This document shows, one piece after another, positions 9,726 to 18,954 of a DNA stretch of 64,000 bases. The DNA comes from an uncultured Chitinophagaceae bacterium (GTDB taxonomy: Bacteria; Bacteroidota; Bacteroidia; Chitinophagales; JADJOU01): positions 1,527 through 65,526 of the forward strand of contig CAYXKX010000003.1 of the NCBI GenBank assembly GCA_964465185.1. The letters run 5' to 3'. Every line of letters begins with the position of its first letter. Position 1 is the first letter of the stretch. The notes under the pieces were generated by a model. The model ran no database searches. It had not been told where the DNA came from and saw nothing but the letters and a program-made list of their open reading frames with translations. The position numbers and the translations under genes are program-made.

Positions 9726-11399
9726 TTGGACCTAAAAACTATAGTTCATTTAACGAAGAAATATAAATACCTAGCTTTGTTTACAGCTATACTATCTGTT
9801 TATTTTTTCAATATGTTGATTGATGTAATGGAAATAGATGCAGCCCAATACGCATTGATTTCCATGGAGATGAGTTGGACTAAGAGTTTTCTGCACGTTT
9901 ATCTTCAGGGACAAGATTATTTGGATAAACCACCTTTGCTCTTTTGGCTTTCCTCTTTATCATTCATGTTATTTGGCATTTCAAGTTTTAGCTATAAATT
10001 ACCCTCCGTTCTCATTGCTATTTTAGGGATTTATAGTCTTTATAGATTTGCCTTACTCTGGTATAGTAAAGAAATAGCCCTGCTTTCTGCCCTTATACTC
10101 GCCACCTGCCAGGCTATGTTTTTAATGACCAATGATGTGAGAACAGATACCATTTTATTAGGATTGGTTGTGTTTTCTTTTTGGCAAATTGGTGAATTCT
10201 TAATCAAGTCGAAATACTATCATCTAATCTTGGCCTCTATAGGTCTTGGTGGAGCTATGATGGCCAAAGGCCCCATCGCACTTATTATTCCAGCGGCAGC
10301 TTTTGGGACAGATTTTCTTTTAAAACGTCAGTGGAAAACAATTCTAAATCCACAGTGGATACTTATGCTGATAGTCATAGCCATCACTTTAATCCCTATG
10401 AGCTATGGACTTTACACCCAATTTGATCTGCATCCTGAAAAAAGCCTCAATGGGCTGCAAGGTCCTTCTGGTTTGAAGTTTTATTATTGGATACAAAGCT
10501 TCGGGCGCATTACAGGCGAGAACCAGTGGAAAAATGGCAATGGATTTTTCTACTTTTTTCATACTATTCTCTGGGATTTTCAACCTTGGATCCTATTATT
10601 TATTCTAGCCTTGGTATCTAAAAGCAGAAGCGTATTTCACGTTAGATTTAAGATTGGAACGAATGAAGAATGTATTAGTCTAGGAGGATTTTTCTTTGTT
10701 TTTATGGCGCTTTCCATGTCGAACTATAAATTACCACATTATATTTTTGTTCTCTTCCCTTTCGCATCCATTATTACGGCCGAATTTATTTATAGTCTTA
10801 AGGATCAATTTTTATCTCGCCTTTCAAAAATACAATTTGGCATTATGCAATTGATGTGGTTAGCCATCCTAGTTAATTTTATTTTCTTTTTCCCACCCCA
10901 AAATCTCATATTACCTCTTATTTTAGGGCTATTTTTAGCATTAAACTATTATTCTTTTATTTATTTAAAAGGAAGTACAGAGCGAATATTCATCCCAACA
11001 ATGATTACGGCCATCAGTTTAAATCTAGTCATGGCGGTGAACTTTTATCCTAATTTGCTTAAGTACCAAGCAAGTTCTCAAGCTGGCAAAATGATAAGGG
11101 AACACAATATTCCAAATGATATGTTTTATCATTACTCCAGCTACAACTATTCACTTGATTTTTACGCTAAAAGATTTACACCCATGGTTGATATAAATAC
11201 GGTAAAACAAGTGAAACCAGGTAGTTGGATTTTCATTCATAAGAATGGATTAAACGAGTTAAACGACAACAAGATCACGTTCAGAACAATTAATGCTTTT
11301 CCAAGTTTTGGTATAACTCAGGTTAAGTTGCCTTTTTTATATGCTAAAACAAGAAGAAGTACAATTATTGATTCCAATTATTTAATTGTCATTCAATAA
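9726..11399 (+). CDS. ArnT-like glycosyltransferase family 39 (PMT_2) membrane protein
   Basis: 557 aa with more than 10 TM segments. An N-terminal loop DAAQYALISMEM...DKPPLLFW is typical of GT39/ArnT-type enzymes. The start is a TTG. Confidence 0.75.
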   Translation: MDLKTIVHLTKKYKYLALFTAILSVYFFNMLIDVMEIDAAQYALISMEMSWTKSFLHVYLQGQDYLDKPPLLFWLSSLSFMLFGISSFSYKLPSVLIAILGIYSLYRFALLWYSKEIALLSALILATCQAMFLMTNDVRTDTILLGLVVFSFWQIGEFLIKSKYYHLILASIGLGGAMMAKGPIALIIPAAAFGTDFLLKRQWKTILNPQWILMLIVIAITLIPMSYGLYTQFDLHPEKSLNGLQGPSGLKFYYWIQSFGRITGENQWKNGNGFFYFFHTILWDFQPWILLFILALVSKSRSVFHVRFKIGTNEECISLGGFFFVFMALSMSNYKLPHYIFVLFPFASIITAEFIYSLKDQFLSRLSKIQFGIMQLMWLAILVNFIFFFPPQNLILPLILGLFLALNYYSFIYLKGSTERIFIPTMITAISLNLVMAVNFYPNLLKYQASSQAGKMIREHNIPNDMFYHYSSYNYSLDFYAKRFTPMVDINTVKQVKPGSWIFIHKNGLNELNDNKITFRTINAFPSFGITQVKLPFLYAKTRRSTIIDSNYLIVIQ

Positions 11400-11416
11400 A
11401 TATACCAATTACCTCC

Positions 11417-14212
11417 CTATTTTATAATCACTTCCTGCCCTTGGCTGTGGCTATTGAATTCAGGGGCGTACATAGATTGAAAAGTGGTTATACCGTTCGA
11501 GAATTTACCTTTGAGATTGGTTTTGAGGTCGTACTCGATGGTGTAAGTTCCTTTGTAAATCTTGTCAATGAGGAAATTCATAGAAGCATCACGCGTGGTT
11601 TGATAGTAGCCGAGGTCGCTGGACCATTTATAACCACTAACGGCATCTGTAGGCTCTAGTCCTGCACTGCGCATATCTTTGAGGTGCAGAAATTCCATTT
11701 CTCGCTCTGCCATCAAGGTCAATCGAATTCTCAATTTAGTGCCAATTTTAATGTTCGATGCCGTGGCTTCTTCTAAGACCTCACCTTTCTCGGTATTGGT
11801 GACGATAAAGATTTTCTTCTGCACTTTTAGTGGACTCGATTGATTGGTTTTGATATTGTTCATCGTTTCTAAATACTGCCAGTAGACCCCTCCCCAACTT
11901 ACATTTGCATTCGGATTGGAAACTTCGATCTTCGAGAAATTCGCTTGAATCTCATCTTCTTTCCACGTTTTTTTGATATAGCCTGTTCCTTGCTCTACCT
12001 TGCTCGCTGAGAAATCCAAGACCTCTTCTCCTACTTTGATCGTAGGCATAGAAGGCAATTCCAATTTATCATTCTTCCCACCTAATAAAGCATAAATAGC
12101 ACTGGCCGTGGCTTTTGTCGTCTTCCATCGATTGGTCTGCTTATTCTTCAATAAGAACAATTTGAGATTGTCTTTCTCCGTTTGATTATCGCTCAAGTAT
12201 TCGAAGACCTCTGTCATCAAGCTGTGCGTCTCTATTGGTAATTCATACCAAAAATAACCATAGTCATTATCCCAGTACATTCCCTTCTCCTCATTGACTT
12301 TGGCGCGCTCACGGAAAGACTTCATCATGGCAGGAGTCGTCAAGTTATCCTTGGTTCTATGTACATAAAGGGCTAGCATACCTTGCTGATAGATGGATTT
12401 ATTGACCCAATATTTTTTCCCTTGACCGCTGTAATAGTCAATAACGGCTTGCGTTGACTCAGGAATAGGGTGATTGAAAAACGAACGCGTGTATAAATAA
12501 TGAATAGCAAAAGGATCTAGATGATCATCATTCAAATTTCCCTTACTCCTCAATACCCATTTTTTCATCTCTTCGTAGTGATAAATGATGTGCGCATCTA
12601 GAAAGTTAATTCCGCGATCTATTATTGCTTTTGCTTTATCATTTGTTTCATAACTCTTGACTCCGAGAAAACACAAATGCCCCATGCCTTCCAAGACGTA
12701 TTGTGTCATATAAGGATTGTCTGGACCGCCTGGGAACCAAGGGAAAGAGCCCGAAGAACCTTGACGCATATGCAGTTTATCGATAGCAGATTTTTCTTCT
12801 TCTGCCAATCGAGAGAGATTGAATAAAACGGAAATATTCTTTCGCTGTTCTTCTTCGCTCTGCGCATCCAATACCCAAGGGGTTTCCTCTAACAAGGCGG
12901 ATTTTAATTCTTGATTTTTAGATAAATTACTTAACATTCCATCTGTTCCTTTCCACGACTCGAAGACCGATTGAATCTTTGGATAGCGCTGTACAATAGA
13001 ACTAGAGAGGGAATTGGCGAAGTAGCGACTAAAAATCTGCTCCGTGCATTCGTATGGATATTCCATCAGATAAGGCAAGGACTGAATGGCATACCAAACA
13101 GGATTAGCGGAGTATTCGAGAGTAAATACCTTCGACTTCAGTGTAGGCGATTTGATTTTCTCTGACATTTCTTTGAAATCAAATGTCTTGCTCGTATTGG
13201 CTCGCAAATGAAAAGGCATGGTTTCTCTGACTATCATTCTATCCGTCAAAACAGGCAAGGTATTTTCCTCGCCATCGGAGAAATTACCCGCTTTAGCTAA
13301 GACTCGATAGGTCAAAGCGGAGATATTCTCTGGAACTTGTAATTTCCATTCCACCGCCTTGGTCTGCCCTGCTTCAATATCGATCATTTGCTGAGGCTGA
13401 GTCAAACCAAATTTCTCATTCACGTCTTTATTGTTCTCTGCATTCAACAATTCTAGCTTGGCCCAGCCACTTATCTTTTTATCAGATAAATTCGTCACAC
13501 GAGCTGTCATGTAGATTTCATCATTCTCGCGCATAAAACGAGGTGCGTTTGGCTGTATCATCAAATCTTTCTGGGTGACAATCGATTTCTCCGAAATACC
13601 TATTTGCAAGTCTTTCGTCATAGCCAAGGTCATAAACTTCCACTTGGTCAGCGCTTCATTCATTTTAAATTTAATAATGACATTGCCCTCCGCATCCGTC
13701 AGGAGATTAGGGAAGAAGAAAACAGTCTCATTCAGATTGGTGCGGACCTTAATAGGATCTGGTTTTTTACTTTCTTTTTTATTTTTTAATTCTACAGCTT
13801 TGGCTTCAAATACATCTACCAATTTTGGTGCTTTAACTTCCGCTTCCATACTACTCTCAGCTTTAGCCATAGTAGGAGCCGCAGCCATTTGCATCACTGC
13901 TCCGTCATCCATAGCTTCTGCGTGAACAGATTTTGCCATGCGACTCGTCATTTTCCCTCTTCCACCCCCATAAAAACCTCCTCCGTAGTAGGAATCTTGC
14001 CATAGTAAATGAGGATAAATTTTAGCTTCAATCTCATGGTGTTTTTCTCTAGGCAGGTTATGGTAAGTGACTTCACTTCCTATAGGACTGAAGCTATGTG
14101 AACTTATAGAAGAGTTCTCACTAAAGGATTGATAAGGGAAAAAGTAATAATGATTCGGCGCGAACACATCTAAGGATTGATCATACATATTGGCTAGTAC
14201 TTCAGCCATCAC
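11417..14212 (-). CDS. Alpha-2-macroglobulin family protein, C-terminal fragment of a disrupted gene
   Basis: Thioester motif YPYECTEQ plus A2M thioester/receptor-like regions. It is in the same frame as ORF 14306..17479, separated from it only by two stop codons. Confidence 0.85.
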   Translation of the reverse strand: MMAEVLANMYDQSLDVFAPNHYYFFPYQSFSENSSISSHSFSPIGSEVTYHNLPREKHHEIEAKIYPHLLWQDSYYGGGFYGGGRGKMTSRMAKSVHAEAMDDGAVMQMAAAPTMAKAESSMEAEVKAPKLVDVFEAKAVELKNKKESKKPDPIKVRTNLNETVFFFPNLLTDAEGNVIIKFKMNEALTKWKFMTLAMTKDLQIGISEKSIVTQKDLMIQPNAPRFMRENDEIYMTARVTNLSDKKISGWAKLELLNAENNKDVNEKFGLTQPQQMIDIEAGQTKAVEWKLQVPENISALTYRVLAKAGNFSDGEENTLPVLTDRMIVRETMPFHLRANTSKTFDFKEMSEKIKSPTLKSKVFTLEYSANPVWYAIQSLPYLMEYPYECTEQIFSRYFANSLSSSIVQRYPKIQSVFESWKGTDGMLSNLSKNQELKSALLEETPWVLDAQSEEEQRKNISVLFNLSRLAEEEKSAIDKLHMRQGSSGSFPWFPGGPDNPYMTQYVLEGMGHLCFLGVKSYETNDKAKAIIDRGINFLDAHIIYHYEEMKKWVLRSKGNLNDDHLDPFAIHYLYTRSFFNHPIPESTQAVIDYYSGQGKKYWVNKSIYQQGMLALYVHRTKDNLTTPAMMKSFRERAKVNEEKGMYWDNDYGYFWYELPIETHSLMTEVFEYLSDNQTEKDNLKLFLLKNKQTNRWKTTKATASAIYALLGGKNDKLELPSMPTIKVGEEVLDFSASKVEQGTGYIKKTWKEDEIQANFSKIEVSNPNANVSWGGVYWQYLETMNNIKTNQSSPLKVQKKIFIVTNTEKGEVLEEATASNIKIGTKLRIRLTLMAEREMEFLHLKDMRSAGLEPTDAVSGYKWSSDLGYYQTTRDASMNFLIDKIYKGTYTIEYDLKTNLKGKFSNGITTFQSMYAPEFNSHSQGQEVIIK

Positions 14213-14305
14213 TCTATCCCCCTTTTTTCCTTTGATTTTAATGCGCCATTCTTACTGCTGACCCGGTGATAATTTATCTCGAAAGCTCGTGTATTCAATG
14301 TCTAG

Positions 14306-17300
14306 CTATTTATTGGTAAAAGGTATATTCAAATACTCTTTATTCGAATAGAGGCGATTATTCCAAACGCTGGTCCATAAAACATAAGCCCCTCCTCTAT
14401 CCTCTTCTTTCAGGTCTAGAATTAATTTAGCGGATGTACCATCTGTCCAAGCTTGACTAGAAGTTTGATTTTTTCGAATGACGGAATACCAAATACGCTG
14501 ACCTGTTTGACTTCCCGTCAAGCTTATATTGGTCTTTTCTCCCGGTTGATAACTCGACTTTAAATTTTGAATGTGGAGGGGTTTATCCTTGCCGAGTTCT
14601 TGATCATCTAGAATAGTGAAATATTTATCTATACTCAGTTCTTTGCCATCTTGATCTAAGGCTGATAAAGTGAGTTTATAAGACCCTCCTTTATACGTTT
14701 CAATATTAATAGCCAAGCCTTCCAATCCAGCAGTTTTTGTTGCTTGTTTAGTCGTGACATATACAATACTTCCTTTTTTATAATTTTCTATTCTATCTTC
14801 ATTGCCATAAGGAAGGTAAGGGAATTTCTTTCTGAACTCAGACTCTGAAATAATGTATAAATCTGGCTTTTCCCAGTATCGTGTTTGGTAAAGAACTGCT
14901 GGGTCAGATAATTTAGTGATTTCGATATCCACTTTTTTATCTATTAATTGACCATTGATGTTTTGAACGAAAAGAGGTATATAGAATGGGTCGTTTTTTC
15001 CATAAGTTGGTTTGACATCCGCATTCAACTGAAAGTCCACCTTCCCAACAGATACCGCGGTCGAGCCCATTTGCATCTCCCCTGTGATGTCGGTCATTTC
15101 TATTTTCACCGTGTATTGAAAGATAGGATTTGTATCCCAAGGATTGTCTTTACCGGGCTCAGCCATAAAGGATAAATTAAACTTACCGTTCTCATCCGTT
15201 TTGGTTTCTCCGAAGGTGATTTGCTTTTCTTCACTCGGCATAGGCATCCACCAGCAGCGCCAGTAAGGATAATTGGTCGCGCGGGTCACTCTATACTTGA
15301 CTGTTGCATTGGGTAAATTAGCTCCGCTGTATGCCTTGCCTGTGCCATGAATTTTGACTTCCTGGCCTAGCTTGACCTGCTGTCTAAAGGTATCGAAAAG
15401 CACTTCGAAACTCGGTCGTGTGTATTCTTCTATTCTTACTTCCTTGGTCGAATTATTATTGACTGTAAAAGACATTCTACCCAGCAAGCCACCCTTAGGC
15501 GCAGTAAAATCTCCGTGAAAGGTTCCGTATTCGTTGGTTAGAAAGCTCTTCTTGGCTATTTCTTGGTGGTTGGCATCGCGGAAAATAACTTCTACCGCTT
15601 TATTGGTCAATAATTTAGGATTAGCCTTATTCGAAGACTGGTAAGCGATACCTTTGAAATAAATGGTTTGATCTGGGCGATAGATTTCGCGGTCTAGAAA
15701 TAAGTCATAGTGGTCTGAGATATGTTCCATACCATAGTTATTATCTCGATAAAAATGATCTTCTTGCAATTCATTCAAAACATCAGAACCTTTTTTCAAA
15801 ATGAAAAAATAATTATTGTTCTGATAGTTTTCAATAGGATAGACGACCAGACCAGCACTATTTGACATTAAGGTCTTGATCAATTTGGATTGGCGTTTAT
15901 TGGTCCAATAGCTCTGATATAGGCTGACTTCCACCTCGCTCAAGGGCTGACCGTTATTTCTATCCACCGTGTATAAATTCATCTCCGTATGGGCCGCTTC
16001 TCTATGCTGGAAATAAGCGAGATTCGAAACAGAAGTAGAAACCGCATGCAATAAATTTCCACTAAACTCGAAGTCCGGGTTTTTAGAGTAGACGATGGTA
16101 TAATTACCCACAGGTAAAGAAGGAAAATCTAGTTCGGTGGTATGGCTGTAATAATCGCCGGGATTGGTGAGAGTAAAGATCCCTTGCTGAGCGAGCGAGT
16201 TTTTGAATATCTTTATGAAACGCTCCTTTTGGTCATAATTCTCATCGTAGAGGTTATTGACATCTATTTTCTTATTGTAGATGCGATAATGGATTTTATC
16301 TAGATTAGTATACTGCAAATGACCTAGAATAGGCTTATTAGGCAAATAGACTTTTTCTAAGGTCGGTGAAAACTGAATATTTTGAATGATATTATTCTTA
16401 TGGTTCTTCGCTTGACTGACTATATTAATATCTCCACATTGGCTTATGATTTGATCGCAGACGGCTAGAGACTCTTTGAGGCGCCAACGATCGCTGCTAT
16501 CCTTTGTGGACTGATATGTATAGCCTTCATTCTGTAGCACCTGAGCTAGTGTTAACAGGGCGTAATAAGATTCGCTATGTTTTTTGTATTTGTCAAATAA
16601 GGCTTGCAGATTTTTCTTATAAATCTCTGTTTTGTTTTCATGCTCTAGATTGTTGTAGACAAAAGCTAGGCGCTGTAAATCCAAATCAATAAAAATGGTA
16701 GGATCCGCATCATTTATATGCTCAGCCAATAAAGATTGGTAAAGCTTGAGAGCCGTATATTTCTTCGAATCGAAGAGGCTTGGTTTTATTAACACTTTAA
16801 TAAAGGAAGGAGCCGCGGAGAAATGATCCAATGAGGGCTGGAAGGCATGCGCAGGCTGGGAGATATAGTGTCTTTCATTGCTGAGGGCTTCTATGGCTCT
16901 GCGTGCGAGAAAATCATAGAGGGTCTGGCAGTATTTCGAATCCGTATTGGAGATCAACTTGGCATACTGGGCGATCTTCACCTTTTTATTCAGTTCATCC
17001 TCTAAGGATTTCAGATAGAGTTCGATGGTCTGATTCTCCAGGTCTTCCATGGTCCAGAGGGCCAGGTCCTCTGCCCTGCTGCCCGTATTCTTGGTTCTAT
17101 CCTTGATTTTCCAATAATTCTGATCCAGAAATTGAGAATATTTAGAGGCTAAGAAACTCAGTAAAATACTCTTAGCTCCGCCACTGACTTTTTCTAGGTG
17201 CTTTTCTATAAACTTAATCTCTTTTTGACTTCTAGAATCATATTCAATTTCTTCTAACTGGGAAGAGAGATTTTGAAGATAGAAAATAGACTTGACGATC

Positions 17301-17479
17301 TGGTGTTGATTATTAGCTATCAAGGCGGACTCGAAGATGGCATTGGCTTTTTCAAAGGCCGACTTAGGCAGCCTCTTCTGCTGTAAGGCCTCTACTTCCT
17401 GCCATTCTTTGCTGTAATCCTGAGACATAAGCGTACTAGTGAGCCCTGCAAATAGGAGCGCGATCAATGATAATTTCAT
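14306..17479 (-). CDS. Alpha-2-macroglobulin family protein, N-terminal fragment (signal peptide plus MG-type domains) of a disrupted gene
   Basis: Signal peptide MKLSLIALLFAGLTSTLMSQ. Long N-terminal region and repeated beta-rich MG-like segments. It ends at TAG (14306-14308) in frame with the downstream fragment. Confidence 0.8.
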   Translation of the reverse strand: MKLSLIALLFAGLTSTLMSQDYSKEWQEVEALQQKRLPKSAFEKANAIFESALIANNQHQIVKSIFYLQNLSSQLEEIEYDSRSQKEIKFIEKHLEKVSGGAKSILLSFLASKYSQFLDQNYWKIKDRTKNTGSRAEDLALWTMEDLENQTIELYLKSLEDELNKKVKIAQYAKLISNTDSKYCQTLYDFLARRAIEALSNERHYISQPAHAFQPSLDHFSAAPSFIKVLIKPSLFDSKKYTALKLYQSLLAEHINDADPTIFIDLDLQRLAFVYNNLEHENKTEIYKKNLQALFDKYKKHSESYYALLTLAQVLQNEGYTYQSTKDSSDRWRLKESLAVCDQIISQCGDINIVSQAKNHKNNIIQNIQFSPTLEKVYLPNKPILGHLQYTNLDKIHYRIYNKKIDVNNLYDENYDQKERFIKIFKNSLAQQGIFTLTNPGDYYSHTTELDFPSLPVGNYTIVYSKNPDFEFSGNLLHAVSTSVSNLAYFQHREAAHTEMNLYTVDRNNGQPLSEVEVSLYQSYWTNKRQSKLIKTLMSNSAGLVVYPIENYQNNNYFFILKKGSDVLNELQEDHFYRDNNYGMEHISDHYDLFLDREIYRPDQTIYFKGIAYQSSNKANPKLLTNKAVEVIFRDANHQEIAKKSFLTNEYGTFHGDFTAPKGGLLGRMSFTVNNNSTKEVRIEEYTRPSFEVLFDTFRQQVKLGQEVKIHGTGKAYSGANLPNATVKYRVTRATNYPYWRCWWMPMPSEEKQITFGETKTDENGKFNLSFMAEPGKDNPWDTNPIFQYTVKIEMTDITGEMQMGSTAVSVGKVDFQLNADVKPTYGKNDPFYIPLFVQNINGQLIDKKVDIEITKLSDPAVLYQTRYWEKPDLYIISESEFRKKFPYLPYGNEDRIENYKKGSIVYVTTKQATKTAGLEGLAINIETYKGGSYKLTLSALDQDGKELSIDKYFTILDDQELGKDKPLHIQNLKSSYQPGEKTNISLTGSQTGQRIWYSVIRKNQTSSQAWTDGTSAKLILDLKEEDRGGAYVLWTSVWNNRLYSNKEYLNIPFTNK

Positions 17480-17564
17480 AAGCGATGGATTTCATTCAGA
17501 TAATTCTAGACTAAGATAGTGCAGATGGGATTTAGTTTAATGAAAAAATGGTTAAGATGAAGGT

Positions 17565-17669
17565 GAGTTGATGTGGGAATGAGACAATTTGAAAATGCGA
17601 TAATTTGATAATGGGTTGATATGATAATGTGATGATGAGTTGATGGGGGAATGGGACAATTTGAAAATG
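17565..17669. repeat. Two copies of a 33-nt direct repeat (GAGTTGATGkGGGAATGrGACAATTTGAAAATG) 72 nt apart
   Basis: Copies at 17565-17597 and 17637-17669 differ at 2 positions. The sequence between them is low-complexity GAT-rich. Confidence 0.7.
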
Positions 17670-17673
17670 AATG

Positions 17674-17752
17674 CTCTGCGCCATTCAAGGTCTTTCGACC
17701 TTGAATCATTTATCCTATTTAGTTCTATTACCTATTTTTTTTGCTATCCTTG
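17674..17752. repeat. Direct repeat copy A (contains palindromic unit P1, ATTCAAGGTC-tttc-GACCTTGAAT)
   Basis: 79 nt. Matches 32204-32281 with 3 substitutions and 1 indel. The hairpin is at 17683-17706. Confidence 0.9.
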
Positions 17753-17770
17753 ATTGGTTAGGCGTGTTTG

Positions 17771-17787
17771 TTGGTGAATAACACCAA
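17771..17787. repeat. Palindromic unit P3 (TTGGTG-aataa-CACCAA)
   Basis: The same unit with a longer stem occurs at 50214-50236. Confidence 0.7.
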
Positions 17788-17924
17788 AGGGAGAAATGGC
17801 TAAGCTAATGGTGTTTTTTCGTTTAACCGCAAAGGACTCAAGGGTAGCGCAAAGAACACGAAGAATTTTCATGGGAAGTTAAGTTTAGTTGGAATATAGT
17901 AAGAGGTTATGATTTATGTTGGCT

Positions 17925-17942
17925 TCAGGTGGCAACACCTGA
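17925..17942. repeat. Palindromic unit P2-like (TCAGGTGG-ca-ACACCTGA)
   Basis: Related to AGTCAAGGTGG-yaa-CACCTTGACT at 32287-32310 and 50285-50308. Confidence 0.6.
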
Positions 17943-18035
17943 CGAGGCGGAGGATTTCGTATTACAAGAAGATAACCTTCATATCTTTTATTTTCTGATA
18001 TTCTAGCTAAAAATCAATCATAAATTTTCACGAAA

Positions 18036-18512
18036 TTAGCCTATTAAACACTCCTTATCCTTCTTTTCGTCGTAGTCGATGAGGAGATCCACCCCATTCC
18101 AGGTGGCTAGGCTGCTTTCCAGTCGAAAACAATCCCCCTGATTCCAGCTGGAGCCTATATAGTCTTCAATGAGATCCTTTATCCAGACCTTCTCCCCTAT
18201 CTGAATATCTGCTGGTATGAGATAAGCAGCGAAAGGCGATTTGAAGTGATAGGGATAGTAAAACGTCCAGTCTATGACGGTTTCATAATCTTCCAGTTCT
18301 AATCCTGAGCCCATACCAGAGCGATAATCTGTCAATACCTCTATCTGGCCTGTTTTTTTATTTCGCACCACTGCATACTTGGTTTTGATTTTCGGTGAAG
18401 GCTTCACCTGCTTGACCAAGGGTTTAAATCCCTTATGAATAGCCGCATTGATACTTTGCTCGTCTCTGGCGGTTTCTATGACTCTGAGGTCTTCTTGCTT
18501 ATTATTTTTCAT
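18036..18512 (-). CDS. Hypothetical protein (158 aa), second gene of a two-gene module
   Basis: Its start overlaps the stop of the upstream ORF in an ATGA (18509-18512). No family recognised. Confidence 0.6.
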   Translation of the reverse strand: MKNNKQEDLRVIETARDEQSINAAIHKGFKPLVKQVKPSPKIKTKYAVVRNKKTGQIEVLTDYRSGMGSGLELEDYETVIDWTFYYPYHFKSPFAAYLIPADIQIGEKVWIKDLIEDYIGSSWNQGDCFRLESSLATWNGVDLLIDYDEKKDKECLIG

Positions 18513-18778
18513 TCATTTGAGTTAAAGGTGATTTGTAAATTTTCTTGCTTGTAATCTATCTTCAGGCAGGTAGCGGGCTGAGTACGGAGCTGCTGTTTGA
18601 CCTCTTCATCCGTGAGAAAAGCTGTATCGATAATGATTTGCTGACACTGCCTGCATTTTTTATTTTGAGAATTCGTTCTCTCCAGATCTTCCCAGGCCAT
18701 GCGGTAGGGGCAGTGGAGCTTTTTCAGCAGTTCACCAACATCTGTATAAAGTTCATTTTTGATCGGGTTAAATTTCAT
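18509..18778 (-). CDS. Hypothetical small protein with putative zinc ribbon (HCP...CRQC)
   Basis: 89 aa. The pattern C-P-x4-W-x2-L-x10-C-x2-C resembles a small zinc-ribbon module. It is preceded by the shared promoter architecture at 18823-18860. Confidence 0.6.
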   Translation of the reverse strand: MKFNPIKNELYTDVGELLKKLHCPYRMAWEDLERTNSQNKKCRQCQQIIIDTAFLTDEEVKQQLRTQPATCLKIDYKQENLQITFNSNE

Positions 18779-18822
18779 AATTTTTCTCTAAAGTTAAAAA
18801 TAACATAGGCTATCTGGCCGTG

Positions 18823-18910
18823 TAAAGCTAAGAGTGGTGATTGTCAGAAAATGTCGTTTTAAACTTATTTTTTAAACGACAAGTTCTGGCGAGATAACCC
18901 AATATTTTTG
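18823..18910. promoter_or_regulatory. Divergent promoter cassette, copy 1, with central dyad TGTCGTTT-N14-AAACGACA
   Basis: Minus-facing near-consensus -7 box (taaagcta, 18823-18830), TGTCA (18842-18846), TGTCGTTT (18852-18859), AAACGACA (18874-18881), TGGCG (18887-18891), plus-facing TATTTTTG (18903-18910). Confidence 0.5.
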
Positions 18911-18954
18911 TGTGTAATTTTTTATTTTCATATAACCTAATAAGAAGTTTCAAT

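Noticed and set aside
11417-17479. Stop-codon reassignment, pyrrolysine or programmed read-through as the explanation for the in-frame TAG/TAA in the A2M gene
   Set aside because: Two different stop codons are involved. All other long ORFs in the window terminate normally at TAA/TAG/TGA without internal stops, and no pyl-type genes are seen. Pseudogenisation or sequence error is simpler.
17565-17669. Possible CRISPR array (two 33-nt repeats)
   Set aside because: There are only two copies. The 39-nt spacer is simple GAT-rich sequence, the repeats are not palindromic, and no cas genes are in the window.
17683-17706. The P1 hairpins as rho-independent terminators
   Set aside because: There is no U tract on either strand after the 10-bp stem, and all three copies lie upstream of genes rather than downstream.
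17506-17709. 67-aa His/Ile-rich ORF on the minus strand
   Set aside because: It is the translation of the low-complexity and 33-nt repeat DNA (HHHIIISTHYQIIAFSNC...). It has no start context or family, so it is most likely not a gene.
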